A stretch of 64,000 nt of DNA from Chiloscyllium plagiosum (GCF_004010195.1 NC_057740.1:21534167-21598166), one strand, 5' to 3'. Shown: positions 1 to 14,610, counted from the stretch's first letter. Notes: a model not told the origin generated them from the letters alone. Numbers and translations are program-made.

Positions 1-869
1 GAAAGACCTTTAGCTAACTCTTGTGAAGTGGAAATCAGGGGCAGTAAAGGTGGTAGCTTTGAGGTTAACCATCCCCTTTAAAGAGATTTGTTGCCAGTAT
101 TACTATCCATTGAAACACAGAAATGGTTAATCACGCTGCTGAGTTTTTCAGGAAACGTTGGGAGGCAGGAAACCACTAGTTTTGGCAGCAAATGTGCCTG
201 CTGTTGGACTCTAGCAGGAGCCTTGTTAATCAAATACAAGTTAGAGTCCCATGACATACAGATGGCATTTTCACCCACTCCTGAGTGATGTGCCCACTGT
301 GACTGCTCTGCCAGGTCAATTTGTCTGGGAACCAGTAGGAATACTGTAGCTAAGTTAGTAAGTGATCGTCTTTCTTCGGGCAGCTGTATTTTCCTTTCAG
401 GGATTTAGCATTCACACATTTAGTAAGTTCCTGCCAGACATGCTGTCACTTTGCTCTGGTGATGTTGGGCTCTGCCAATCTAAAAAGAGCCTCTCTGTGT
501 TCCAGCACCACATGCATCAGCTCAGACAGAACACCATCTGTTCAATAATCATTTTGTCTGCACAATTGCAACATGTTCGCTTTGGATTTACACCGCTACT
601 GGGTCACAAACATAGGTGACACTTATATCTTGTTAGATGATTTTTAATCCAATTGAGAAATGGCAAATTGGCACAGTCACAGGTAACTAAGGGGAATGGG
701 GAAGTTCCAAGCAAGGGTAAAGAGAAGTGTAAAGAAAAAAGTCAAGCTTCTGGAAGAGAATAGCTGTCACATCATGTTAGGAAGAGACAAAGAGCTTCAT
801 GAAGATACAAGGTATTACTGATAAATGTCACATCAGGGAAAAATAGCAATAAGTTAAAGTCAAAGGTGC

Positions 870-3800
870 TATACTTGAATGAAAAATGTATTCACCACAA
901 GAGAAATGGTACAAATAGAGATAAATGGGTTTGGTCTAATAGCACGATTGCAGGGAGACTGAGGTTCGAACCCAGATATTCCAGGACAAACCCCATTTAC
1001 AAAAGAGAGGCAAAATGAAAAAGGTGGAAGGGTAGCAATAGTGAGAAAAACAAAATGCTTTACCCAGAAGAATATGGGTGGAGATAAACAAAGAACAAAA
1101 ACAGCTTGTAGAAAAAATTCATAGGTACCCAAGACCAAAGTTATGTTGTCTGAAAATAAATCCAGAAATTAAAGGCCCTTGTACAAGGGCACAATTATCA
1201 TGAGAGACTTTAATCTTTATATATATTGTAATAATTAGCACAAACAATTTGGATAATGAGTCAGAGAATGGATTTGAAATAGATTTCTAGAACAATAGGT
1301 CAAGGTACCAGTTTAATTGTTTTAAATCTTGTGTTATGACATAATACAGGATTAATTAGTAATCTATAGTAATAAATCCTCTTGGGTAAGGTTGACCATG
1401 ATATGACAGAATTTCATATTGAATTTAATACTGATGTTGTTAAATTCAAAACTGAGGTCTTAAATTTAAACAATGCCAATTCCATAGGTCGTATGAAGTT
1501 TGGGTTGACTAAAGTAAATTACAGTGAAGGATGTGACAGTAAATAAGCAATGGTGAACATTTAAAGAAATGATTAATCATTCTCAAATTCTCAAGTATGT
1601 TTCTGGGAAAAATATGACCTCCACAAGAAAGGATGTCCAGCAGAAGTGGCTAACTACAAACATTCAAGATAGAAATCAAAACAGAATGTTCTGAAAATAC
1701 TCAACAACTTTGGTAGTATCCACAGAGAGAGAGAAATTGGGTTAACATTTGAGGTCAATGACCATTTACTAGAAATGGGGAAGGTTCTAATAAGAGGTAA
1801 TGGCCTGAAATATGAGGTCTGTTTTTCTCTCCATGCACACTACCAGATCTGCTAAATATTTTACATATTTTCTGTTTTTTATTTCATATTTGCAATATTT
1901 CCAGTATTTTGCTTTTTCTCGTAAATTAAAGATAGTACTTGAACTGAAAATGAGGCTTCCAGTGTCACCAAAAAATGTAATAAAACGTAATAAAATGGAT
2001 TAAGTTGGTTTTAGAAATTGGCAAAGAATGGGGAAAAATTGGAAAAAAGAGATATAATAGAAAGTGAGAGTAAACTGAGAAGAAATATAAAAACACGTTG
2101 TGTAAAAACAAGTCCTTATAGATAAAGGGAGAGAGAGATCAGTGAATGTGAACATGGAACTCTAAGAGGCAGAGACAGGAGAAGTTATATGGGACTTAAG
2201 GAAACAGCAGGAACTTTAAACAAGTGTTTGTCTTTTCAGTAGAAGTCATTAATAATATATTGGGAGAGCAAGGATCAAATCAGATGGAGCATTAGAATGT
2301 GATTAATATTTGGAAGGAAGATATACTTGAAAAAGTAATGGAGCCAAAAGGTAACAAAATGCCAGTGATCAGAACAGAACAAATTGAAGGAGGAGATACA
2401 TGTTTAATTAATAATGGTTCAAGGATTATGGGGAATAGGCAGGAATGTAGAGTTGAGGCCGAGATGAGATCAGCTGTGATCGTATTAAATGGCAGAGCTA
2501 GCTTGAGATGCTAAATTGTCTACTCTAATGAAAGTGCAATGTAACCATATTTATTAAAAATACAAAGTTAGATGGTAAAAGAATCTATGAGAAAGATGCA
2601 AAGGAAAATAACCTGCATATATAATTGGACAAGAAAGCAACAAATGGAGTGTAATGCAGAATAATGTGAAATTATCCTTTTCTTATTCATTCATGCAACA
2701 TGGGTATTGCTTGCTGAGTCAGCATTTATTGCCCATTCCCTAGTTGCCCTTGAGAAGGTGGTGGTGAGCTGCCTTCTTAAAGTCCTGCAATCCACGTGCT
2801 GTAGATTGACCTACAATGTCCCTAGGGAGGGAATTCCAGGATTTTGACCCAGTGACAGTGAAGGAACAGCAGTATATTTCCAAATCAGGTTGGTGAGTGG
2901 CTTGGAAGGGAAACTGCAGATGGTGGTGTTTCCATGTATCTGCTGTCCTTGTCCTTCTGGGTGGAAGTGGTCATGGGTTTGGAAGGTGCGTGTCTAAGGA
3001 GTCTTCGCAAAGTGCTGCTGTGCACCTTGTAGATTGTACACACTGCTGGTACTGAGGATTGATGGTGGAGGGAATGGATATTTCTGTATGTCTTGCCAAA
3101 CAAGCGGGCTGTTTTGTCCTGGATGGTGTCAAGCTGGTGTTATTGTGTTAGTGGGAAGTATTCCATTACACTCATGACTTGTGCCTTGTAGATGGTGGGC
3201 AAGCTTTGGAGAATCAGGAGAAGAATTACTTACAGAAGTATTCTTAGCCTCTAAACTGCTCTTGTAGCTGCTGTATTTATATGGTCAGTCCAGTTCAGTT
3301 TCTGGTCAATGGTAACTGCCAGGATGTTGATAGTTGGGGTGCAATGTGGTTGACACCTAACTGCCCTCTGGACAACTAGCGTGGGCAATAAATGTTGGGC
3401 TAGCCAACAGGAAGCCTGCATCCCATGATTGAATAAAAAGGAATTCAGCAGTGATGATACCACTGAATGTAAAGAAGTAATTGTTAGATTGACTCTTCTT
3501 GGTGATGGATATTGCCTGGTATTTGTGCAGCACAGATGTTACTTGCCACTTGTCAGCCCAAGCATGGATATTGTTTCTGAAAGAGAAATTACCCCTCAAA
3601 ATTTAAAAACACAATTGGTCACCAAGTTTGAAGGAAATCTTGTTTATTTGAACATGGACTGCTTCAGTATCTGAGGAGTCATGAATAGTGCTGAACATTG
3701 TGCAATCATTGGCAAACATTCCCACTTCTGACCTTATGATGGAGGGAAGATCTTTGATGAAGCTGTTGAAGATGTTTGGGCCTAGGACACCACCCTGAGA

Positions 3801-4540
3801 AACTCCTGCAGAGGTGTCCTGGAGCTGAAATGACTGACCTCCAACATTCACAACCATCTTCTTATATGGTGAGAAGAATGGAAAAGTAGCATTTTTTAAA
3901 AAGGTGAAAAAGTAGTTAACACTGGGACTGGTTGGTACATTAACTATGGGAAAGTTACCATGCAGCGACAGATAAATGGTAAGTTAGTCTTTATTGCAAG
4001 GTGGTTGAAATATAAAAGTAATGAAATCATACAGTTTTTGTATGAAGTTTTGTCAGATCACATCCAGAGTAATGAGAACAGTTATGAATAACTTTCCTGA
4101 GGAAGGATGTAATTGTCTTAGAGAAGAGACAACAAAGTTCCTCATGACATTATCTTGAGTTAGAGTGTTGTTCTATGAGGACAGATTGAATAAGATCAAT
4201 CTATACTCTCTGGAGTTTAAAAAAGTGAGGTGTTGTCTTTGAAAAGCGTAAAATATATCGAGGTCTTCATTGAGTAAATGCTGAGCATCCATTCCCCTGG
4301 CTGGAAAGTCAAGAACTACAATTCATATTCTTTTGACAGTGGTTCAATAAGGTAGAACTGAGATGAGAAATTTCTTCAGAGTTGTGAACCTTTAGAGTTC
4401 TGTACTTCAGAGGGCTGTGGGTGTCCAGACATTATTCACATTCCATGCAATCTTTAGACACTTAGGGGATCAGGGGATATAGAGATATAGCTAAAAAGTT
4501 TTGAAGTAGGCAATCAGTCATGATCCTATTGCAGTGCTGT
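870..4540 (+). mobile_element. Highly decayed CR1-type LINE fragments, interrupted by younger insertions
   Basis: Degenerate APE/RT-region and CR1 3'-end-like sequence resembling the better-preserved CR1 copies elsewhere in the window; no intact ORF; boundaries approximate. Confidence 0.5.
2680..3860 (-). mobile_element. CR1/L2-clade LINE 3' portion (RT fragment)
   Basis: ORF 3603..3857 encodes AGVSQGGVLGP...IKDLP...MFANDC (the GVPQGSVLGP and FADD RT motifs); 3357..3599 continues with AWADKWQV. Confidence 0.75.
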
Positions 4541-5029
4541 GGGTTTAGAGTGGAATTCCTTCAAACTTGGTAACCAATTGTATTTTTAACTTTTGAGGAG
4601 TAATTTCTCTGTCAGAAACCTACTACTGCTTGCTTGTAACTGGTATCTTAAATTCACTGCTTTTAAGCTTTAAATTTTCCTAAAGACTTGCGTGGAGCTA
4701 GTCAAGTTCTCTGTTGGAGAGAAGGTGAGATCAACTACTTGAAGTAACTTTTCTAAACTATTTCTTGTAACTGCCAGATAGTAGACTCACCTGAATCGGA
4801 ATAATATAGATTAAAGAAGTGCAAAGTTCAAAGTGGAATGACTGCAAGTTTAATGAGTAAGGGAAATCATTGAGATTAGGCATATTTAATCAGCATCCAA
4901 AAGTTGAAATGCTGACCACAGGGCTGAGTTTAAAATCATAACCAAAGAGCGATATCACAGGATAACCATGTTTATTAATCATTGATCTTCAGCTTATACT
5001 TAAGTTTACAAAACTAAGCTTAATTCATG

Positions 5030-8000
5030 GCAGGGCAGCTTGGCCAAGTGCAGGAAGTCGCACCAGCTGCAGGAGGCTTGAGCTTTGGGTCTTGCAACTT
5101 GAGAAGCAGCTGGATTCATGATGGTGTACCCACCAAGTTATCCAGAGTTATGGAGATAGCACAGTCGGAAAAGTGGTCATGCCATAGGTTAGAGGCATAC
5201 AGGCAGGTAAGGAACTGATGACCACCAGCCAAAGAGAATCAAGCAGTCCCCTGAGAGTTCACTTTCTTTACCAACGCTGGTGATGTACAAATACAAATAT
5301 AAATTCTTAGAGGAGTGTAAAAAGCTTCAGATCAGTTGCACCATGGATGGACCAGCTGAATAGCCAGGAAGGAAGAAGAATAGATGAGAAATAGAAAGAA
5401 AGAACTCATTAGTTAGGGAAATGCTTGTGCTGTTTGGGTGGCTTTAAAATAATTCTGCAGTAGCACAGGAACCATGAGAGAATGTTGGAGAGTGATACCA
5501 GGGTTCACAAAATACTGAGAGACAGCACTACCATAGGGAATGGTAAGTTAATAGGTGAAGTCAGAATAAGGGAGCAATTGAGACATTCTAAATCCGGACT
5601 GCACTGTATGTGTGTGAATGTTTGGATTATAGTTGATATGTTGTGGCAAAGACAGAGACCTGACTCAATGAAGAAAGGCACTAGGTGTTAATATTCAATG
5701 TAGGGCTATAGAGTTTTCAGACAAATAGGAAAGGAAGAAATAAGGAGGAATGTCAGATTTAGTTAAGTACAGTATTATAGTACTGGAGAAAGCAATTGGC
5801 CCAGATGGTTCAAGGGCAAAATCAGTTTGGATCTTGCTAAGGAACAAGACAGGTGCAATTACATTGTTTAGTATAGTCCACAGACAATTAGTGGGAAACA
5901 AGTAAAGGAACAGACCTGTAAGAAAATTACAGAATGGTGTAAGAATTGTAGAGTCGTTATAATGGGAAACTTTATTACCTGAGTTTAGACTGGGACAGTG
6001 GTAGTGTTACGGCCTGTGAGCGACAAAAAACCTTAGATTGAATTTTCTACACCAGTATGTGTCAAGTACACCAGGAAAGGAGGCATCGCTAGATCTGGTT
6101 CTTGGAACAAGATGAGCTACGCAGATCAAGTGTCAGTGGGGAGTGGATGAGTATGTAGGGAATAATGATCATTTATAATAAGATTTAGGATGCCAATGGA
6201 AAATGGTGCTGGACAATCCAGCTTAAGAATAACTAACTGGGGAGAACAAACTTCAATGTGATAAGAACAGATCTGGACTAGATAGACTTGCTGCCAAAGG
6301 TTGGTGGGAAAAACTATAGCTGAACAAGAGCTGTTTCAGGTAAAGTCAAATGCATTCCTCCAAAGGGAAAGGTAGACAAACAAATCCAGAACTCCTTGGA
6401 TGTAAAAGGAGTTAGAAATTAAGGGAAAGAGGTGTATTTACAATAGGTGCAAATAGAAAATGCAATTAAGAAGCAAGCTGAATACAAAATAATCAATAGG
6501 GAGTTGATTAAGCAAATAAGAGAAGCAAAGAAAGGTCATGGAAGAGACTGTCAGCTGACATGCAAGGGAATTGCAAACTCCTCTTTAGGCACATAAATAG
6601 TAAAAGGGTGATAACAGGAGGAGTCGGGCCAATTAGGGACTAAGATTTGTACATGGAGACAGAGGCATGACTGAGGTATCAAATTAATATTTTGTCAAGG
6701 AATTAGCTGTTACCCAGGTCAGGTTGACAGAAGAGGAAACTCAGTCTCCAGAAGGGTTTAACATTGATAAGGAAGAACTGTTGTACTACTTTGTACAAGA
6801 CACCAGGATCAGATGAGATACATCCAATAATTTTGAAGAAAGTGATCGTGGAAAATGTGGAGGCATTGACCTTAATCTTTCAGTCTTCCCTGTAATTGGG
6901 GTGGTGCCAGAGGACTGGAAAATTGCAAACATTATGCCCCTGTTCAAAACAAGTTTGCAAGGATAAATTACAGAGCTGTCAGTTTAACGGTGATGATGGA
7001 ATTTCTGGAAATAATAATTCAGGACTAATAGTCATATTGACAAATGAGAGAGTCAACATGGATTGAAATTGTGTTTAGCTAACTTGCTGGAGTTCCTTGA
7101 AGAAATAACAAAAATGTTTAATGGGGATTAATGCTGTTAATGTGTTATATATGAAAGGTACCACACAATGGATTTGTAAGTTATAGGATATGGAATACAA
7201 AGGACAGTAATAATGGAATTGGATGAATAGGAAACAGAGAGTAATGGTTAATGGATAGTTTTCAGGCAGGAAGAAGAGTTGTAGTGGGGCTCTACAGGAA
7301 TTTGAAACTCTTGCTTCTCCTGATAAATAAATTATCTAGGTTTGAACTGCAGGGGATAATTCTAAAGTTTGTAGACAACACAAACTTTGAAAAAGTTGTA
7401 AACTGTGAAGAGAACAGCATAGAAATGCAAAAGGATATTAACAAGTTGCTGGAGTGGGCATACAGGTGGTAGATAAAGTTCAATGAGGAGAAATGTGAGG
7501 TGATATATTTTGCTCAAAAGAACTTGAAAAGACAAAATAAAATAATAGGTACTATTCTGAAAGTTGTACAGCAGCAAAGTGATCTGGTTTATTTGTGTAG
7601 GATACCTGGCAAGCATGGTAAATAAAGAATCCAATACCTGGACTTTATTAATTGGAGCATAGAGTACAAGAGCAGAGAGATTATGCTGAAACTATATAAG
7701 ACTGTAGTTAGACCTCAGCTGGAGTATTCTGCACAGTTCTTGGCACCACACTATAGGAAGGATGTGAATGCTTTGAAAATAGTGTGAAAGAGGTTTACAA
7801 GATGAATCCATAGGTGAGAAATTTTAATTACAAAAGCCGATTGGAGAATTTCATGCTGCTTTCATGAAGAGGAAAAGGCGGAGAAGATTTGTTTGAAGTT
7901 TTCAAACTCATGAGAATTCTGGACAGAGCAGACAAGGAGAGACTGTTCCTGCTCATAAAAGAACACAGATTGAAAGAGATTTGCAAAAGAAATAAATGCA

Positions 8001-8170
8001 ATGTGAGAAAATAACCTCTGCACACAGCTAGTGGTTTGGGTTTGGAATGCACAGCCTGGAAGTATGATGAAGGCAGATTCAACTGAGTTATTCAAATGGA
8101 TATTAGATGATTATTTAGATAGAAATAATATACAGGGCTATAGGGAAAGGGCAGGAGAATGGCATCCTTC
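5030..8170 (+). mobile_element. Long decayed CR1 LINE
   Basis: Endonuclease remnants, VVPEDWKIANI-like RT entry, KFVDNT (FADDT) in ORF 7251..7472, and a CR1 3' region with RPQLEY..QFW; many stops and frameshifts. Confidence 0.8.
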
Positions 8171-8947
8171 AGCACCTTCACAATTTTGAGATTGTGTTAA
8201 GACTGGGTCACATTGCTTTGTTCTCTCATGTTATATTATTCTGTTCTTAAAACTCAACCTGTGAAATTTCTGTATTAGCAATAATGCCAAAATGGCAAAT
8301 ATAAAAAACATAGGCAGTTCCATGCAGAAGGATTTTATCAATAATAATGTTAAAAGGTGGAGTTATCACCCTTCCTAAAAACAGAAGTAGAAAATTTATA
8401 TCATTGTGTCATCCTGCTCCCAGTAGGTTAGCCTTTTGAAAGTAAGCTGTTTTATTCACCAACTCGTTGGGACTCATTGTTATGTATAAAAGATTCACAT
8501 CTGTATAATATTTCAACAGACATCACATTGGAAGTATACAGATTCAAATGACAAATCAGAAGATTTCCATTATTATTTATTGGTGATCTTTTATAAAGAA
8601 CATACCAATTCTCGAAGAAAAATGCACTAATACCTTACGTGTAGCAAATTATATTTTCATAAGTTGGAAAACATCAAAAATGATTACAATTTATTTATCA
8701 TGTTTTTGTTTTACTCACTCATCAAACATGGATGTTTCTGGCTGGTCAGTATTTATTGTCCGTCTCTAGTTACCATTGAGAAGGGCATGGTTATTGTTAG
8801 TCTCCACTTATGTATTAGAAGAATAATCAGCATTCTATTACAGAGAATTACATCTTTCAGCAACTAAGCAATAATTCTATATTTTGTGGGAAACTGAAGA
8901 CAGTTGAAGACAATTGAAGTCGTGCCTGAGCATCGAGTTGGAGAACT

Positions 8948-9014
8948 TTATAGGTTTGTCCGTTTCTCATCCTCGATGATTGCAGGGTTGCAATATTCAT
9001 TGGATGCTGCAGTT
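8948..9014 (-). CDS. SMIM24: SMIM24/MAP17-family protein, terminal coding exon (R)TAASNEYCNPAIIEDEKRTNL*
   Basis: Acceptor ttttgattatag; phase 2 matches upstream exons; ends in class I PDZ-binding T-N-L, like SMIM24 STVM and MAP17 STPM; AATAAA candidates downstream near 8752 and 8576. Confidence 0.75.
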
Positions 9015-9112
9015 CTATAATCAAAATGTATATGAAAATTAGAAAACCAAATTTTATTCATGTTTTCGCTTTAACAATAATATAACATATATGTGATTCA
9101 TTCAATAGTTAC

Positions 9113-9157
9113 CTTGGAACTTCATTGGTATTTACCTGAGCAACAAATGCAGAGGGA
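9113..9157 (-). CDS. SMIM24: SMIM24-like penultimate coding exon (45 nt, phase 2-2) PSAFVAQVNTNEVP
   Basis: ttttcag acceptor, AG|gtaact donor, open in frame; lies next to an assembly gap. Confidence 0.65.
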
Positions 9158-9171
9158 CTGAAAATCAAATC

Positions 9172-9389
9172 NNNNNNNNNNNNNNNNNNNNNNNNNNNNN
9201 NNNNNNNNNNNNNNNNNNNNNNNNNNNNNNNNNNNNNNNNNNNNNNNNNNNNNNNNNNNNNNNNNNNNNNNNNNNNNNNNNNNNNNNNNNNNNNNNNNNN
9301 NNNNNNNNNNNNNNNNNNNNNNNNNNNNNNNNNNNNNNNNNNNNNNNNNNNNNNNNNNNNNNNNNNNNNNNNNNNNNNNNNNNNNNNNN
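9172..9389. other. Assembly gap (N run)
   Basis: Run of N. Confidence 1.
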
Positions 9390-9975
9390 CTGGTCTGTAA
9401 TTGCCGGGGATTTCCCTATTTCCTTTCTTGAAGAGAGGAATTACATTTGCCTCTCTCCAGTCCTCAGGTACGACTCCAGTGGAGAGCAAAGATGCAAAGA
9501 TCTTCGCAAGTGGTGAAGCAATTGCATTTCTCATTTCCCAAAGCAGCCGAGGACAAATCTGGTCTGGGCCTGGTGACTTGTCAATCCTAATGTTTGACAA
9601 AATTTTCAGCACATCAGCTTCCTCTATCTCTATCCATTCCAGCATGCACACCTGCTCTTCAAAGGTTTCATTCACTACAAAGTTTGTTTCTTTCGTAAAG
9701 ACAGAAGCAAAAAACTCATTTAGGGCTTCCCCTACATCCTCAGACTCCACCCACAAGTTCCCTACTCTTTCTTTGACCACTCTCTTATTCCTCACATAAG
9801 TGTAAAATGCCTTTGTGTTCTCCCTAATCCATTCTGCCAAGCTTTTCTCGTGCTCCCTCCTGGCTCTCCTCAGACCATTTTTGAGCTCCTTCCTTGCCTG
9901 CCTGTAATCCTCTAGAGCTGAGTTTGACCCTAGCTTCCTCCACCTTATGTAAGCTACCTTCTTCCTTTTGACGAG
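9390..9975 (-). mobile_element. Young CR1 LINE ORF2 fragment
   Basis: Open translation KAFYTYVRNKR...DKSPGPDQICPRLLWE...GVVPEDWREANVIPLFKKG...PGNYRP. Confidence 0.92.
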
Positions 9976-11830
9976 ATAGATATCAAACAACTTTACCGAT
10001 GGACTGGAACACTCTGATCTCACTGCTGACTCCACACCAGAAGAACTCTGGGAATACATCAAAGCTGCTGAACTGAATACATCCAACAAGTTCAATAGAC
10101 TCAGCAATAGGAAGAATAGGACATGGTTTGATGAAAATGATAAAGTCCAAAATATGCTGGCAGTTAAGAAATCGACTCATCAGATTCACTAGGTTCAGCT
10201 GACTAGCCAAGAGAAAAAGATAGCTGACTGTCAGGTGTGCAGCAGACTGTAATGTAAACTGGGGAACATCCAAAATGACTGGTGGATCACACTTGGAGAA
10301 AAACCTCATCTGTACACTAATACTGATGACATAAAAAGCTTCAAGGAAACACTAAAATCTGTATGTAGACTAGTGTATTGTTATGAAGATGTGGGTGCAC
10401 TATACCTTTAAGAGAGTTTAAAGCTGGCAGAACTACCTGACAGCACCAAGTGTTCTGAATAAAGTAACAATGTAACAGTTGGTCGAAAGCTAGATTAGCT
10501 GGGTAGCCTGAAGGTGACAAAAACAAATTCAAATTTGGCCAATCAGTTTAAATTATACCCCAAAAAATACCAAACTCCAATCAAGATTGAATTTAGTATA
10601 TTGACAACCTTAAAAGCCAATGATACAATCCGGTGTTTTGGGGGTATAAGAATGGGAAAAGCTGAACAGTTGGAGGAGAACTGCCAAGCCAATGACATCT
10701 GCAGACTGCTCAGAGAATAGCTCTCTTATAGGTACTTTTATCGATCTGTGACCTGTGAAGCATAATCCCTAAGAAGAAGAAAAAAAGACACAGGAAGATC
10801 CAAATAGAAGATTCGACAGCTGGCTGGTTTTGAAAATTTGAATTTTTGATAAATCTTAATCGGGGGGGGTTTATTAGATTAGCATTGTAGAAGGGGAAGA
10901 TAAAAGATAGGTTAGAGGAAGGAGTTGTAAATAGTTGTTAGTTAATTATTCTCTGTTATACCTTAAGAAATAAAGTTGTTAATTTTTACTTTAAATAGTC
11001 CTTGGCCTCTTGAATTTTCACAGATTACTGCATGGGATAAATCTTTTCAGTGTTTCTGGTTTACATTAAGCAGGAAGGTGTACGGTGTGTCATAACAGTA
11101 TCAAAACAAAACCACCTTCAGCAGAATTGAAACACACCAACAAGAAGTCTGTTCTGGATCAGTGGTCAGAATGTTTCAGTGTCAAGTGCATATACTATCA
11201 TCAACTATATCAAGTCAAACCAAATTGGTCAAGGAAACTGTGACCATTATCAATCAGATAAAGAGCAACAAAACACTCGAATTTGATGGAATTCTTCCTG
11301 AAACCTTGAAGAATGTCCAACACTACTTGACATTTCTATGACTTTGTAAGGCCTGCTGGGAACAGGACAGATTTACGCAGGGTATTTCTGATGCTATTAT
11401 CATCAAAGCCAACAAAAGGAAAGGGGGAAGTCACATTGCATCTGCTACCATGCAATCATCCTCCCTTCAATTGCTGGTTAGAACACTTTTGTTCTTGCCA
11501 TTGAAGAAACAAATCTGCCAGAGAGCCAGTGCAGTTTCAGAGCAAGCAGAGGCAACACAGACATGGTATGTAAAGATACAAGAAGAGGGTTTTACCTCTC
11601 TTTCTCAGCCCACACCAAGGCATTCAAAACTGTGAGCATAAACAGACTTTGGAAAATCCTGGATAAACTTGATTGCCCACCTACATCCTGCCACACTGAA
11701 ATAGTTTCACAAAAATTAGTACAGACAAATCAGGCACAAGGTCAGCCTCTGGAATTCCTTCCAAATCTCCAATATGAAGCAGGAATGTGGGCTCACCCAT
11801 AACTAATTCACCACCTTATTCAGTGTAATG
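9976..11830 (+). mobile_element. Decayed RTE-clade LINE, interrupted by an LTR-like insert
   Basis: TWFDENDK motif; DGILPETLK, ESQCSFRASRG and TKAFKTVSINRLWKILDKLDCP RT-like remnants. Confidence 0.7.
10470..11097 (+). mobile_element. Solo-LTR-like insertion
   Basis: Begins tgtaac, ends tgtcataaca with AATAAA near the 3' end; interrupts the RTE remnant. Confidence 0.45.
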
Positions 11831-13351
11831 CTGCAGCAGGCAATAGAAGATATTAAGGAGGTTGTCACAGACACTTTAGGACCAAAGGTCACTTTGAATC
11901 CTCAGATTCCTAATTGCCAGCCTAATTGTCCTTGAGAAGGTGAATTGCTGCAGCTGTCATGGTGTAGGTCCACCCATGATGTTGTTGAGCAGGGAGCTAA
12001 AGGACTTTGATTCAGTGACAGTGAAGAAGAACAATATAATGTCAAGTGGCTATTGCTGTGACTTGGAGGAGAACCTGCAGCTGGTGGTGTCCCATAAATG
12101 TAGACAGGTACTGGTGTGAATGCATTAGCAGGTTTAGTTCAGTGTTTTCGTCATGAGATCAGAGTATTTATTGAAAAGAATTAGCTTCACCTTCAGTACA
12201 CACAAACTGTTCAGTAATTTCTATCTTATTACTACTTCTACTATTTTGTACATTCCAAAAAAAAGAAATATTGAATACAATATATATGGAAAATAGCTAA
12301 AAACAATGAACTGATATCAGACTAAACTTCCTATCGAACACTTTGATCTCAAATTTCAATCAAGGTCAAGGCCTATGTTATATGAATTGCTAACTATGGG
12401 AATAGAAGTGGGAAGGACTCCATTCCACAAAGAGATTTTGTCCCATTTTGCAGCAATTCTCGGGGAGGATAAATGACAAAACTCGTCACTCAATTCTCTC
12501 ACGACATCTAGGCAGACTTAGTAATATTGCCTAGCCTGCTCGCTTACAGACTGCAAGCTGATGATTGTTAGTCTGAAGTACTAAATAAAGGCTCCTACCC
12601 CGTCCAGATTATGATGATCAATCATTGGTTTCACTGGTAGCTGAGTTACTGCAGAAATACCTCATCATTGTTGACCCTTCTTTAACATCCTTTCTTCCAT
12701 CAGTTTGGTTCGTACCTTTAAATCAGCCAGTTCCCATAGATATGGATAGGAATTGAATCATCCCAATTGGGAGCACTGTTGGCCTGCTGCTTGGTCTATC
12801 ACATATTGAGGGTCAATCTCATATGTCATATGTTTTCTGGAGTTTTTGAGCTATCTATCCCTTCTAGAAATGGTTGGTTAGTCTTCAGTTTTTGTTGTAT
12901 GTCCTCCCCTTGACATCCTGCCCAAAGTCAAGTCCTTGACAATTATTTGCCAAACTACAGAAAAAAAAATTAATTACCAGCATGGTGTGGGGAATAGAGG
13001 CAGTCCCTGAATTTTGGGTGATTAATTAGTTTCTGTCATCCTGTGCCAACATCCAGTGAGCTTCAGTAAGGGGAACGTGGCCTTAAGAGCAAATTAAATG
13101 TCACCACCTCTTGAGTGAGAGCACATTTGAGTGGGATTGAGTGCAATCGTTGCATTTCTGACTGGGCTAGCATTGCATGAAGCAGTATCTGTCATACAAA
13201 AAAAATTAACTCAACTAAAACTTTAGTTTGCTTACATTTTTGCTGTGATTTTGGAAGAAATAGTAGAAATTGAAAAAATCTTTATTGTTCACTCAAAATA
13301 ACAACAATTTGTAAAAAGACATAAATGCTTATATGACAATGAAACACTTAC

Positions 13352-13399
13352 CCATCATCACCAGAATGGTTGCTGTCAGAGTCCTTTTGATTCTTATTC
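13352..13399 (-). CDS. SMIM24: SMIM24-like duplicated exon, copy A (48 nt, phase 2-2) NKNQKDSDSNHSGDD
   Basis: ttactttttatag acceptor, GG|gtaagt donor, open in frame. Confidence 0.65.
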
Positions 13400-14610
13400 C
13401 TATAAAAAGTAACACTTGGTTTATTACTAACATAACAGTCCATCCTTCAGTGTCTAGGATACTTTGTTAAGGACTGTACCACATATCTTGCAACCATTAG
13501 ATTTCTTTTGCTGTCAGGATATGGCAGCATTAGCAAGCCTACGTATGATATTAAATACAATTTACCTGGAGAATAGCTAAAAACAATGAAGCAGATATTA
13601 GACTAAACTTCCTATTGAACACTTTAATCCCAAGTTTCAATCAAGATCAAGGCCTATGTTGTATGAATTGCTAACTATGGGAATCAAAGTAGGAAGGACT
13701 CCATTCTGCATTGAGACTTTGTCCCCTTTTGCAGCAATTCTAGGGGATGATAAATGGCAAAACTTGTCACTCAGCTTTCTCACTACATCTAGGCACACTT
13801 ACTTTCATTACCTCGCCTGCTCACTTACAGACTGAGAGCTGATGATTACAGTACTCAATAAAGGCTCCTAACCCAGCCAGATAATGATGATTGATCATTG
13901 GTTTCACTGGTAGCTGAGTTGTAACTGAAGTAACCCATCTTTGTCGGCCCTTCTTCAACATCCTTTCTTCCATCAGGTTGGTTCACAAACTTCAAATCAG
14001 TCTGTCCCCAAAACCTTCTCAATTGTGAGCACATTTGACCTGCTGCTTGGGCTATCACACATTGAGGACTAATTTCACATGTCCTATGCTTTCTAGAGAT
14101 TTTGAGCCATCAATCTTTCATAGAAATGGCTGGTTAATCTTGAGTTTTTTTGGATATCCTGCCTTTGAGTTTCCACACAAATTCAAATCATTGATAATGA
14201 TTTTCCAGATTACAGAAAAGATGTTATTATTTTTTAGTATGGGTGGGTGAATGAAGGTGAGCCCTTAAATTTGGGTGATTAATTAGGTCCTGCCATCCTG
14301 TGCCAACATCCAGTGAGCTTCAGTAAGGGGAACGTGGCTTTAAGAGCAAATTAAATGTCACCACCTCTTGAGTGAGAGCACATTTGAAAGATATTGAGTG
14401 CAATCATTGCATTTCTGACTGGTCCAGCATTGCATCCAGAAGTCTCTTTGATACAATAAAATAACATTAACTCAACTGAAACTTTAGTTTACTTATAGTT
14501 TGCTGTGATTTTAAAGGAGTATTAGAAATTACATACATTATTATTGTTCACTCAAAATAGCAACAATTTGTAAAAAGACATCTATGCTTGTATGACAAAG
14601 AAACACCTAC

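Noticed and set aside
9109-10107. 332-aa ORF
   Set aside because: Chimera of RTE antisense sequence, a CR1 ORF2 fragment, an N gap and a short SMIM24-like exon; not a gene.
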